Shown here: positions 17,856 to 27,103 of the stretch, piece by piece
Layout of the letters: the number at the start of each line of letters is the position of its first letter
Position numbering within the stretch: the first letter of the stretch is position 1
IMG/VR virus record: IMGVR_UViG_2671180556_000014
Source: a virus
Taxonomy: Duplodnaviria > Heunggongvirae > Uroviricota > Caudoviricetes
Reading direction: 5' to 3' (one strand)
Length of the DNA: 31,500 nt
Notes under the pieces: generated by a model
Told to the model about the DNA's origin: nothing
Databases searched by the model: none
The model's input: the letters and a program-made list of their open reading frames with translations, nothing else
Program-made: the position numbers and the translations under genes

Positions 17856-18491
17856 ATGAACACTCTCGCAAATATTCAGGAACTCGCGCGCGCACTGCGC
17901 AACATGATACGCCCCGGCATTATCGTCGAAACCGACCTTAATGCTGGTCGCTGCCGTGTGCAGACCGGCGGCATGTGCACCGACTGGCTTCAGTGGCTGA
18001 CCTGTCGTGCCGGGCGTTCGCGCACATGGTGGGCACCTTCCGTGGGGGAGCAGGTGCTGATTCTGGCCGTGGGCGGTGAACTTGACACGGCGTTTGTTCT
18101 GCCGGGGATTTATTCCGGCGATAACCCCGCGCCGTCTGCGTCGGCGGATGCCCTGCATATCCGTTTCCCTGACGGGGCGGTGATTGAGTATGAACCCGAA
18201 ACCAGTGCACTCACGGTAAGCGGAATTAAAACGGCCAGCGTGACGGCTTCTGATTCTGTTACTGCCACGGTGCCGGTGGTCACGGTGAAAGCATCAACCC
18301 GCGTCACCCTGGACACACCGGAGGTGGTCTGCACCAACAGGCTGATTACCGGCACGCTGGAAGTACAGAAGGGCGGGACGATGCGCGGCAACATTGAACA
18401 CACCGGCGGTGAACTCTCATCAAACGGTAAGGTACTGCATACCCATAAACACCCCGGCGACAGTGGCGGCACAACCGGGGGACCTCTATGA
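17856..18491 (+). CDS. V: Baseplate spike protein V, 211 aa
   Basis: Length identical to P2 V; first gene of baseplate operon after an intergenic region. Confidence 0.85.
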   Translation: MNTLANIQELARALRNMIRPGIIVETDLNAGRCRVQTGGMCTDWLQWLTCRAGRSRTWWAPSVGEQVLILAVGGELDTAFVLPGIYSGDNPAPSASADALHIRFPDGAVIEYEPETSALTVSGIKTASVTASDSVTATVPVVTVKASTRVTLDTPEVVCTNRLITGTLEVQKGGTMRGNIEHTGGELSSNGKVLHTHKHPGDSGGTTGGPL

Positions 18492-18835
18492 CTGCGCGTT
18501 ATCTCGGAATGAATCGCAGTGATGGCCTGACGGTCACTGACCTTGAGCATATCAGCCAGAGTATCGGCGATATCCTGCGCACACCGGTCGGCTCACGGGT
18601 GATGCGTCGTGATTACGGCTCGTTGCTGGCATCAATGATTGACCAGCCGCAGACCCCGGCGCTTGAGTTGCAGATTAAGGTCGCCTGTTACATGGCGGTG
18701 CTGAAATGGGAACCCCGCGTCACCCTGTCATCCGTCACCACGGCGCGCAGTTTTGACGGGCGAATGACGGTCACGTTAACCGGTCAGCACAACGACACCG
18801 GCCAGCCACTTTCGTTAACCATCCCTGTGAGTTGA
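18488..18835 (+). CDS. W: Baseplate protein W (gp25-like), 115 aa
   Basis: Length identical to P2 W; start overlaps V stop. Confidence 0.85.
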   Translation: MTARYLGMNRSDGLTVTDLEHISQSIGDILRTPVGSRVMRRDYGSLLASMIDQPQTPALELQIKVACYMAVLKWEPRVTLSSVTTARSFDGRMTVTLTGQHNDTGQPLSLTIPVS

Positions 18836-18839
18836 AACC

Positions 18840-19748
18840 ATGCCGATTATCGACCTGAACCAGCTACCTGCACCGGATGTGGTCGAGGAGCTGGACTTTG
18901 AAACCATTCTCACTGAACGCAAGGCGACACTGATTTCCCTTTACCCGGAAGACCAGCAGGAGGCGGTTGCCCGTACCCTGACGCTGGAATCCGAGCCTCT
19001 CGTCAAACTGCTGGAGGAAAATGCTTATCGTGAGCTTATCTGGCGTCAGCGTGTGAATGAGGCCGCACGGGCGGTGATGCTGGCCTGTGCCGCCGGTAAT
19101 GACCTTGATGTGATTGGTGCCAATTACAACACCACGCGCCTGATTATCACCCCGGCAGATGATTCGACCATTCCGCCGACACCGGCAGTGATGGAGTCTG
19201 ACACCGATTATCGTCTGCGTATTCAGCAGGCGTTTGAGGGCTTAAGCGTCGCCGGGTCGGTGGGAGCCTATCAGTATCATGGTCGCAGTGCTGACGGGCG
19301 TGTCGCGGATATTTCTGTCACCAGTCCGTCTCCGGCCTGCGTCACCATCTCTGTGCTGTCACGTGAAAATAACGGTGTTGCATCCGAAGACCTGCTGGCC
19401 GTGGTGCGTAACGCCCTTAATGGCGAGGACGTCAGGCCGGTGGCCGACCGCGTGACCGTGCAGTCTGCCGCCATCGTTGAATACCAGATAAACGCCACGC
19501 TTTACCTTTACCCTGGTCCCGAAAGCGAACCCATCCGCGCTGCTGCCGTGAAAAAACTGGAAGCGTACATCACGGCACAGCACCGGCTGGGGCGCGACAT
19601 CCGTCTGTCTGCCATTTATGCCGCTTTGCATGTGGAAGGCGTGCAGCGTGTCGAACTGGCTGCACCGCTGGACGATATCGTGCTTAACAGCACGCAGGCG
19701 TCTTTCTGTACCGAATACAGCGTCGTGACCGGAGGCTCGGATGAGTGA
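18840..19748 (+). CDS. J: Baseplate protein J, 302 aa
   Basis: Length identical to P2 J; synteny. Confidence 0.85.
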   Translation: MPIIDLNQLPAPDVVEELDFETILTERKATLISLYPEDQQEAVARTLTLESEPLVKLLEENAYRELIWRQRVNEAARAVMLACAAGNDLDVIGANYNTTRLIITPADDSTIPPTPAVMESDTDYRLRIQQAFEGLSVAGSVGAYQYHGRSADGRVADISVTSPSPACVTISVLSRENNGVASEDLLAVVRNALNGEDVRPVADRVTVQSAAIVEYQINATLYLYPGPESEPIRAAAVKKLEAYITAQHRLGRDIRLSAIYAALHVEGVQRVELAAPLDDIVLNSTQASFCTEYSVVTGGSDE

Positions 19749-20352
19749 TTCGCGCCTGCTGCCGACCGGCTCATCACCACTTGAAGTCGCCGCCGCAAAA
19801 GCCTGTGCGGAAATTGAAAAAACGCCGGTCAGTATTCGTGAGCTGTGGAACCCGGATACCTGTCCGGCAAATCTGCTGCCGTGGCTGGCGTGGTCATTTT
19901 CGGTCGACAGGTGGGATGATAAGTGGCCGGAAGCGACAAAACGCGCTGTTATCCGCGATGCGTATTTCATTCACTGCCATAAGGGCACTATTGGTGCGAT
20001 TCGCCGTGTGGTGGAGCCGCTCGGCTATCTGATTGAGGTGAGGGAGTGGTGGCAGCTCAACGAGGAGCCGGGGACGTTCCGCATCGTTGTTGGCGTGCTT
20101 GAGCAGGGTATTACCGAGGAAATGTATCAGGAGCTGGAGCGCCTCGTTGCTGATGCAAAACCGGCGAGCCGCCATCTGACGGGACTGGCTATCAGTTTAA
20201 GTACAACCGGCAACATTTTTGCCGGTGCGGGATGCTATCACGGTGACGCCCTGACGGTTTATCCCTACACCCCGGAGGCCATTATTGTCGGAGGGGATTA
20301 TTTCCCGGCCTCGGCCATTCATTTAATTGATAACCTGAGAGTAAACGCATGA
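19741..20352 (+). CDS. I: Baseplate/tail-fibre attachment protein I, 203 aa
   Basis: Synteny between J and H; start overlaps J stop and end overlaps H start. Confidence 0.8.
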   Translation: MSDSRLLPTGSSPLEVAAAKACAEIEKTPVSIRELWNPDTCPANLLPWLAWSFSVDRWDDKWPEATKRAVIRDAYFIHCHKGTIGAIRRVVEPLGYLIEVREWWQLNEEPGTFRIVVGVLEQGITEEMYQELERLVADAKPASRHLTGLAISLSTTGNIFAGAGCYHGDALTVYPYTPEAIIVGGDYFPASAIHLIDNLRVNA

Positions 20353-21527
20353 CAGTGAAATACTACGCCATTCTGACTAATCAGGGCGCAGCACGGCTGG
20401 CTAACGCGACGATGCTCGGCAGTAAGCTGAATCTGACGCAAATGGCCGTTGGTGATGCGAATGGTGTCTTGCCGACACCAGACCCGGCACAGACAAAACT
20501 GATTAATCAGAAACGCATCGCGCCGCTGAATCTTCTGAGCGTTGATCCGAACAACCAGAGCCAGATTATTGCGGAGCAAATCATCCCTGAGAACGAGGGT
20601 GGATTCTGGATCCGTGAGATTGGGCTTTATGATGATGAAGGCGTACTCATTGCGGTGGCGAACTGCCCGGAAACGTACAAACCGCAGTTACAGGAAGGCA
20701 GTGGTCGTACCCAGACTATCCGCATGATTCTGGTTGTCACGAATACCGAAGCCATCACGCTGAAAATCGACCCGTCGGTGGTACTGGCGACCCGTAAATA
20801 CGTGGATGATGAAGTCCTGGAATTAAAGCTGTATGTGGATGACAAGATGGCAAAACATATTGCCGCACAGGATCCTCATACCCAGTATGCACAGAAACAT
20901 AATCCGACATTTACCGGAGAACCAAAAGCGCCGACGCCTGCCGCAGGAAATAACACCACGCGGATTGCGACCACTGCGTTTGTTCAGGACGCTATTACCG
21001 CTCTGATTAACGGTGCGCCAGCCACGCTGGACACACTGAAAGAAATTGCCGCAGCCATTAACAATGATCCGAAATTCAGCACCACCATTAACAATGCGCT
21101 GTCAGATAAGCAGCCACTGGATGAGACGCTGACTCATTTGAGTGGAAAGGATGTTGCCGGTCTTCTCGCATACCTTGGTTTGGGAGAAGCGGCTAAAAGG
21201 AATGTAGGGACAGGGGCGAATCAGCTACCTGATATGGGTAGCTTCACGCTTTCTGTTTCAGGTACTGGATATCAAAAATTACCATCAGGTTTTATTCTTC
21301 AGTGGGGCTCAATCGGCGCACCAGGCATTGCACAGGATGTAGTAACCCATTTCCCGATTGCATTTCCAAACAGATGTCTGCGTGTTTTGGTCTCACAAGA
21401 CTACACACCAGATAGCGGGGCTGTTGGTTATATTGCCTGTGCAGGTTTTAGTTCCGACCCGGTTAAATTTATATCCAGAGCCAGTACTCCTGGCCTCGGC
21501 GCTTCATTTTTAGCGTTAGGCTGTTAA
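20349..21527 (+). CDS. H: Tail fibre protein H: constant N-terminal part (aa 1-280) joined to variable C-terminal cassette Hv1 in the current orientation, 392 aa
   Basis: N-terminus and the NDPKF...SDKQP region resemble the P2 H / Mu S constant domain; the constant/variable junction at 21189 coincides with a 26-bp invertase crossover site. Confidence 0.85.
   Translation: MTVKYYAILTNQGAARLANATMLGSKLNLTQMAVGDANGVLPTPDPAQTKLINQKRIAPLNLLSVDPNNQSQIIAEQIIPENEGGFWIREIGLYDDEGVLIAVANCPETYKPQLQEGSGRTQTIRMILVVTNTEAITLKIDPSVVLATRKYVDDEVLELKLYVDDKMAKHIAAQDPHTQYAQKHNPTFTGEPKAPTPAAGNNTTRIATTAFVQDAITALINGAPATLDTLKEIAAAINNDPKFSTTINNALSDKQPLDETLTHLSGKDVAGLLAYLGLGEAAKRNVGTGANQLPDMGSFTLSVSGTGYQKLPSGFILQWGSIGAPGIAQDVVTHFPIAFPNRCLRVLVSQDYTPDSGAVGYIACAGFSSDPVKFISRASTPGLGASFLALGC
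21163..21188. other. Invertase crossover site 1 (gix/hix-like, 26 bp) at H constant/variable junction
   Basis: TTCTCGCATACCTTGGTTTGGGAGAA: 12-bp half sites around a 2-bp core, resembling the Gin/Hin/Cin/Pin site pattern; identical in inverted orientation to 22999..23024. Confidence 0.6.
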
Positions 21528-21548
21528 TTTAGCTATATGGAGTGAAAA

Positions 21549-21989
21549 ATGAATTACATATATTCTGCGACTACAAACTCTTTCTATCCGCTGGAGATGA
21601 AAGAGGATTACACTCAAGCTGACTCATGGCCAGATGATGCTGTTGAAGTTGATGAGCAGGTGTATATTGAGTTTTCCGGATTACCGCCGGAAGGAAAAAT
21701 CCGTATCGCTGGAGAAAATGGTTTTCCTGCATGGTCTGAAATTCCACCACCAACGCATGAGGAACAGATTGCTGCAGCCGAATTGGAAAAGCAGCAATTG
21801 ATTAATCAGGCCAACGATTATATGAACAGTAAACAATGGCCTGGTAAAGCGGCGATTGGTCGTCTGAAAGGTGAGGAACTGGCGCAATATAATTTGTGGC
21901 TGGATTATCTGGACGCACTGGAGCTGGTCGATACGTCCAGTGCGCCAGATATTGAATGGCCTACGCCTCCGGCAGTTCAGGCCAGATGA
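21549..21989 (+). CDS. Tail fibre assembly chaperone (G/Tfa-like) paired with Hv1, 146 aa
   Basis: Immediately downstream of H; C-terminus (LWLDYLDALELVD...APDIEWPTPP) resembles tail fibre assembly proteins; convergent with a second tfa gene. Confidence 0.75.
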   Translation: MNYIYSATTNSFYPLEMKEDYTQADSWPDDAVEVDEQVYIEFSGLPPEGKIRIAGENGFPAWSEIPPPTHEEQIAAAELEKQQLINQANDYMNSKQWPGKAAIGRLKGEELAQYNLWLDYLDALELVDTSSAPDIEWPTPPAVQAR

Positions 21990-22554
21990 CGTCCGGCGCG
22001 GTGCTGGTATCTGTTGCCGTCACCGCGTCAATGTAATCCAGCACGGCGTTAAGTCGGGTTGTTTCTGCCTGAGTCAGTTTCCGTCCGGCCTGTAATTTCA
22101 GCTGAATCAGACTAATGGAAGCCATTGCTGCATCAATCAGTGACTGGCGCTGTGCTTCTGCTGCTTCTACTGCGGCGTTATGCTGTGCCTCAGTATCTGT
22201 CACCCATTTCTCACCATCCCATTTATCATATGGCGTTAACGGTGAAAGCGTGACATAACCGTTTTTGATGGCACCGATATAATCCACTGTAACAGCTGCG
22301 CCATTTTCTGTTGAGTAAACAGTCTCATTGCGATGGTCTTCTTCATGGCTCCATCCCTTACCCGTAAATACTGCCACTTTCCCCGGAATGTTTTCGCCCG
22401 GGTCAATACCAGTGGAACAGGCGGGCATACTTACGCCAGTATTAATATATTCATCAGACCAGCCCGTATACTCAGATGTTTCAGCATCATAATAAAAACA
22501 ACGCATATCGCCCGGCACTGTAGCCAGCCCATTTTCATCAAAAACAGGTTTCAT
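21961..22554 (-). CDS. Alternative tail fibre assembly chaperone (Tfa, paired with Hv2), 197 aa
   Basis: Minus-strand ORF convergent with and overlapping the 3' end of the plus-strand tfa; C-terminal motif (LNAVLDYIDAVT...APDVIWPELP) parallels the other tfa. Confidence 0.7.
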   Translation of the reverse strand: MKPVFDENGLATVPGDMRCFYYDAETSEYTGWSDEYINTGVSMPACSTGIDPGENIPGKVAVFTGKGWSHEEDHRNETVYSTENGAAVTVDYIGAIKNGYVTLSPLTPYDKWDGEKWVTDTEAQHNAAVEAAEAQRQSLIDAAMASISLIQLKLQAGRKLTQAETTRLNAVLDYIDAVTATDTSTAPDVIWPELPEA

Positions 22555-22996
22555 TATTTAGCCCTCACCAGAAAGTTAAATGCAATATTTCGCGGTCTGA
22601 CAGCAACAAAATTCACACCATCACCCACAGAGTTACTGGTGAAATTAAATCGTGAAAATCCTGGCTGATTTCCGGCGATGCCATCATGAAAGTTAATTGC
22701 GTGTCCCGCACCTTCGCCTATATTCCCGGCAAACTGAGAAAAGTTTGTAGCTGCCTGCCAGCTTAATAATTCGCGACCACCGTCTGCACCTCGCCCGTCA
22801 TCCCAGATACGAATGAAATCACCGCGGGCTTCAGGTAATACCAGCGAAGGAAACACTTTCGCCAGCACAGGATAATCAGTGGCAGAGAATTTCGCGCCGT
22901 TGAACTTCAAAAACACCATACTGGACCAGCTGTCGATTACAGTATTTGGCATTGCAGCGGACGGCCAGAAGAACGGAACGCCAATAGCTGGAGCAC
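22554..22996 (-). CDS. Alternative tail-fibre variable C-terminal cassette (Hv2), here fused in frame to an inverted partial copy of the H constant region
   Basis: Minus-strand coding sequence ending VRPRNIAFNFLVRAK, joined at 22997 to a reverse-complement copy of H codons 73-280; the ORF-track reading frame continues to 23531. Confidence 0.65.
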
Positions 22997-23623
22997 CTTC
23001 TCCCAAACCAAGGTATGCGAGAAGACCGGCAACATCCTTTCCACTCAAATGAGTCAGCGTCTCATCCAGTGGCTGCTTATCTGACAGCGCATTGTTAATG
23101 GTGGTGCTGAATTTCGGATCATTGTTAATGGCTGCGGCAATTTCTTTCAGTGTGTCCAGCGTGGCTGGCGCACCGTTAATCAGAGCGGTAATAGCGTCCT
23201 GAACAAACGCAGTGGTCGCAATCCGCGTGGTGTTATTTCCTGCGGCAGGCGTCGGCGCTTTTGGTTCTCCGGTAAATGTCGGATTATGTTTCTGTGCATA
23301 CTGGGTATGAGGATCCTGTGCGGCAATATGTTTTGCCATCTTGTCATCCACATACAGCTTTAATTCCAGGACTTCATCATCCACGTATTTACGGGTCGCC
23401 AGTACCACCGACGGGTCGATTTTCAGCGTGATGGCTTCGGTATTCGTGACAACCAGAATCATGCGGATAGTCTGGGTACGACCACTGCCTTCCTGTAACT
23501 GCGGTTTGTACGTTTCCGGGCAGTTCGCCACCGCAATGAGTACGCCTTCATCATCATAAAGCCCAATCTCACGGATCCAGAATCCACCCTCGTTCTCAGG
23601 GATGATTTGCTCCGCAATAATCT
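22997..23623 (-). repeat. 627-bp inverted duplicate of the H constant region (partner copy 20563..21189 on plus strand)
   Basis: Both ends checked by eye by reverse-complement comparison; translated sequence ANCPETY...LAYLGLGE is identical in both copies. Starts mid-codon with no recombination site at the 20563/23623 end. Confidence 0.8.
22999..23024. other. Invertase crossover site 2 (hybrid site: Hv2-side half plus H-constant-side half)
   Basis: TTCTCCCAAACCAAGGTATGCGAGAA, the reverse complement of site 1. Confidence 0.6.
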
Positions 23624-23624
23624 A

Positions 23625-24176
23625 CAGCCCGTATACTCAGATGTTTCAGCATCATAATAAAAACAACGCATATCGCCCGGCACTGTAGCCAGCCCATTTT
23701 CATCAAAAACAGGTTTCATTATTTAGCCCTCACCAGAAAGTTAAATGCAATATTTCGCGGTCTGACAGCAACAAAATTCACACCATCACCCACAGAGTTA
23801 CTGGTGAAATTAAATCGTGAAAATCCTGGCTGATTTCCGGCGATGCCATCATGAAAGTTAATTGCGTGTCCCGCACCTTCGCCTATATTCCCGGCAAACT
23901 GAGAAAAGTTTGTAGCTGCCTGCCAGCTTAATAATTCGCGACCACCGTCTGCACCTCGCCCGTCATCCCAGATACGAATGAAATCACCGCGGGCTTCAGG
24001 TAATACCAGCGAAGGAAACACTTTCGCCAGCACAGGATAATCAGTGGCAGAGAATTTCGCGCCGTTGAACTTCAAAAACACCATACTGGACCAGCTGTCG
24101 ATTACAGTATTTGGCATTGCAGCGGACGGCCAGAAGAACGGAACGCCAATAGCTGGAGCACCTTCTCCCAAACCAA
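23625..24176 (-). repeat. 552-bp direct duplicate of 22460..23011 (Hv2 cassette plus first 31 codons of the alternative tfa)
   Basis: Ends checked by eye; ORFs 23719..24216 and 23459..23719 encode proteins identical to Hv2 and to the first 31 aa of the 21961..22554 Tfa before diverging. Confidence 0.8.
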
Positions 24177-24188
24177 CGTTTATGAAAA
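24163..24188. other. Invertase crossover site 3 (native right-hand site next to invertase gene)
   Basis: TTCTCCCAAACCAACGTTTATGAAAA: same left half as site 2, right half from unique flank; 50 bp upstream of the invertase start. Confidence 0.6.
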
Positions 24189-24237
24189 TGCAGAGATAAC
24201 GGGCAACTGGCATCATCTCCGGTTTTTATTCAGGGGG

Positions 24238-24837
24238 ATGCTCATGCTTATTGGCTATGTACGCGTGTCAACAAATGACCAGAATACGGAATTGCAGCGT
24301 AACGCGCTGGAGTGCGCAGGATGTGAGCTGATTTTTGAGGACAAAATCAGCGGCACGAAGTCCGACAGGCCGGGACTGAAAAAACTGCTCAGGACATTAT
24401 CGGAGGGGGATACACTGGTAGTCTGGAAGCTGGACCGGCTGGGGCGTAGTATGCGGCATCTGGTCATTCTGGTTGAGGAGCTGCGCGAACGCGGCGTTAA
24501 TTTTCGCAGCCTGACGGATGCTATTGATACCAGCACGCCGATGGGGCGTTTTTTCTTTCATGTGATGGGTGCCCTGGCCGAAATGGAACGAGAACTCATT
24601 GTCGAGCGGACACGCGCCGGACTGGAAGCGGCCAGAGCCAAAGGTCGTATTGGTGGCAGACGTCCGAAACTCACCGCGAGTGAGTGGGAGCAGGCCGGGC
24701 GGTTGTTGGCTGCAGGGGAATCACGTCAACGCGTGGCACTGATTTTTGATATTGGCCTGTCCACGCTCTATAAAAAATTCCCCGCCTCCGTGACAAAAAA
24801 TAAATTGTGTCATCCCTTAGCCAACCGGGACAAATAG
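24238..24837 (+). CDS. Site-specific DNA invertase, serine recombinase (Gin/Hin/Cin/Pin family)
   Basis: N-terminus MLIGYVRVSTNDQ with catalytic serine, resolvase-type core and C-terminal HTH (LSTLYKKF); adjacent to the invertible tail-fibre segment. Start may be ATG 24238 or 24244. Confidence 0.9.
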   Translation: MLMLIGYVRVSTNDQNTELQRNALECAGCELIFEDKISGTKSDRPGLKKLLRTLSEGDTLVVWKLDRLGRSMRHLVILVEELRERGVNFRSLTDAIDTSTPMGRFFFHVMGALAEMERELIVERTRAGLEAARAKGRIGGRRPKLTASEWEQAGRLLAAGESRQRVALIFDIGLSTLYKKFPASVTKNKLCHPLANRDK

Positions 24838-24896
24838 CCTGACATCTCCGGCACAACTGAAAATATCACTCACCCATTAACCACGGAGTTAAACGG

Positions 24897-26087
24897 ATGA
24901 GTGACTATCATCACGGCGTGCAGGTGCTGGAGATTAACGACGGCACCCGCGTCATTTCCACCGTATCCACTGCCATTGTCGGCATGGTCTGCACGGCCAG
25001 CGATGCGGATGTCGAAACCTTCCCCCTCAATAAACCGGTACTGATTACCAATGTGCAGAGCGCAATTGCAAAGGCCGGTAAAAAAGGCACGCTGGCGGCA
25101 TCGTTGCAGGCCATCGCCGACCAGTCAAAACCGGTCACCGTTGTCGTGCGTGTGGAAGACGGCACCGGCGACGACGAGGAAACGAAACTCGCGCAGACCG
25201 TTTCCAATATCATCGGCACCACTGACGAAAACGGTCAGTACACCGGACTGAAAGCCCTGCTGGCGGCGGAGTCGGTAACCGGTGTTAAGCCGCGCATTCT
25301 CGGTGTGCCGGGACTGGACACCAAAGAGGTTGCCGTCGCACTGGCATCAGTCTGTCAGAAGCTGCGCGCTTTCGGGTATATCAGCGCATGGGGCTGTAAA
25401 ACCATTTCCGAGGTGAAAGCCTACCGCCAGAATTTCAGCCAGCGTGAGCTGATGGTCATCTGGCCGGATTTCCTCGCATGGGATACGGTTGCCAGTACCA
25501 CCGCCACCGCGTATGCCACCGCCCGTGCGCTGGGTCTGCGCGCTAAAATCGACCAGGAGCAGGGCTGGCATAAAACGCTGTCCAACGTCGGGGTAAACGG
25601 TGTTACCGGCATCAGCGCGTCCGTATTCTGGGATTTGCAGGAGTCCGGCACCGATGCTGACCTGCTTAACGAGTCTGGCGTCACAACGCTGATTCGCCGC
25701 GACGGTTTCCGCTTCTGGGGTAACCGTACCTGCTCTGATGACCCGCTGTTCCTCTTTGAAAACTACACCCGCACCGCGCAGGTGCTGGCCGACACGATGG
25801 CTGAGGCGCACATGTGGGCGGTGGACAAGCCCATCACTGCAACGCTGATTCGCGACATCGTTGACGGCATCAATGCCAAATTCCGTGAGCTGAAAACAAA
25901 CGGCTATATCGTGGATGCGACCTGCTGGTTCAGCGAAGAATCCAACGATGCGGAAACCCTCAAGGCCGGAAAACTGTATATCGACTACGACTATACACCG
26001 GTGCCTCCTCTTGAAAACCTGACCCTGCGCCAGCGTATTACCGATAAATACCTCGCAAATCTGGTCACCTCGGTTAACAGCAATTAA
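24897..26087 (+). CDS. FI: Tail sheath protein FI, 396 aa
   Basis: Length identical to P2 FI; GGAG upstream; followed by the tube gene. Confidence 0.9.
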   Translation: MSDYHHGVQVLEINDGTRVISTVSTAIVGMVCTASDADVETFPLNKPVLITNVQSAIAKAGKKGTLAASLQAIADQSKPVTVVVRVEDGTGDDEETKLAQTVSNIIGTTDENGQYTGLKALLAAESVTGVKPRILGVPGLDTKEVAVALASVCQKLRAFGYISAWGCKTISEVKAYRQNFSQRELMVIWPDFLAWDTVASTTATAYATARALGLRAKIDQEQGWHKTLSNVGVNGVTGISASVFWDLQESGTDADLLNESGVTTLIRRDGFRFWGNRTCSDDPLFLFENYTRTAQVLADTMAEAHMWAVDKPITATLIRDIVDGINAKFRELKTNGYIVDATCWFSEESNDAETLKAGKLYIDYDYTPVPPLENLTLRQRITDKYLANLVTSVNSN

Positions 26088-26099
26088 GGAGCCTGACCG

Positions 26100-26618
26100 A
26101 TGGCAATGCCGCGCAAACTCAAGTTAATGAACGTCTTTCTGAACGGCTACAGCTATCAGGGCGTTGCAAAGTCCGTCACGCTGCCAAAACTGACCCGTAA
26201 GCTCGAAAACTATCGCGGTGCGGGGATGAACGGCAGCGCACCGGTAGACCTCGGCCTTGATGACGATGCGCTGTCAATGGAGTGGTCGCTCGGGGGCTTC
26301 CCGGATTCGGTTATCTGGGAGCTTTACGCCGCAACCGGCGTGGATGCCGTGCCGATTCGTTTTGCAGGCTCTTACCAGCGCGACGATACCGGCGAAACGG
26401 TGGCCGTCGAAGTGGTCATGCGTGGCCGTCAGAAAGAAATCGACACCGGTGAGGGTAAACAGGGAGAAGACACCGAGTCGAAAATCTCCGTGGTCTGCAC
26501 CTATTTCCGGCTGACGATGGACGGTAAGGAGCTGGTCGAAATTGACACCATCAACATGATTGAGAAGGTGAACGGCGTCGACCGGCTGGAGCAACACCGC
26601 CGCAATATCGGCCTGTGA
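26100..26618 (+). CDS. FII: Tail tube protein FII, 172 aa
   Basis: Length identical to P2 FII; synteny. Confidence 0.9.
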   Translation: MAMPRKLKLMNVFLNGYSYQGVAKSVTLPKLTRKLENYRGAGMNGSAPVDLGLDDDALSMEWSLGGFPDSVIWELYAATGVDAVPIRFAGSYQRDDTGETVAVEVVMRGRQKEIDTGEGKQGEDTESKISVVCTYFRLTMDGKELVEIDTINMIEKVNGVDRLEQHRRNIGL

Positions 26619-26675
26619 TTTTCATCCGGTCAGCCAGGCTGACCGGTTAACCCCCGATTCAGAAGTGAGAAAACC

Positions 26676-26951
26676 ATGAACAAAGAAAATGTCATTACCC
26701 TGGAAAATCCGGTCAAACGTGGTGAGCAGGTTATCGAACAGGTCACGCTGATGAAACCCAATGCCGGGACGCTGCGCGGTGTCAGTCTGGCTGCGGTTGC
26801 AAACTCCGAAGTCGATGCACTGATTAAGGTGCTGCCGCGCATGACGGCACCGATGCTGACCGAGCAGGAGGTCGCCGCGCTGGAACTGCCTGACCTTGTG
26901 GCGCTGGCCGGTAAGGTGGTCGGTTTTTTGTCGCCGAACTCGGTGCAGTGA
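26676..26951 (+). CDS. E: Tail assembly chaperone E, 91 aa
   Basis: Length identical to P2 E; lies directly upstream of tape measure gene; contains a slippery heptamer near its 3' end. Confidence 0.8.
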   Translation: MNKENVITLENPVKRGEQVIEQVTLMKPNAGTLRGVSLAAVANSEVDALIKVLPRMTAPMLTEQEVAALELPDLVALAGKVVGFLSPNSVQ

Positions 26952-27103
26952 CGTTTCCGAAAAATCTCTCGGTCGATGACCTGATGGCGGATGTGGCAGT
27001 GATATTTCACTGGCCGCCATCAGAACTATATCCCATGAGCCTGACCGAACTCATCACATGGCGCGAAAAGGCGCTCCGGCGAAGCGGAAACACGAATGAG
27101 TAA
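26676..27103 (+). CDS. E': E+E' tail assembly chaperone made by programmed -1 frameshift (slip at 26924..26930)
   Basis: Heptamer T TTT TTG in the E zero frame; the -1 frame is open from there to TAA at 27101..27103, overlapping the T start; analogous to lambda G/GT and P2 E/E'. Confidence 0.55.

Noticed and set aside
22554-23531. Treating ORF 22554..23531 (325 aa) as an intact second tail-fibre gene
   Set aside because: Its N-terminal 178 residues are an exact inverted copy of H residues 104-280 and it lacks the first 100 or so residues of H, a promoter-proximal start and a ribosome-binding context; it is better read as the Hv2 cassette joined to a duplicated H fragment.
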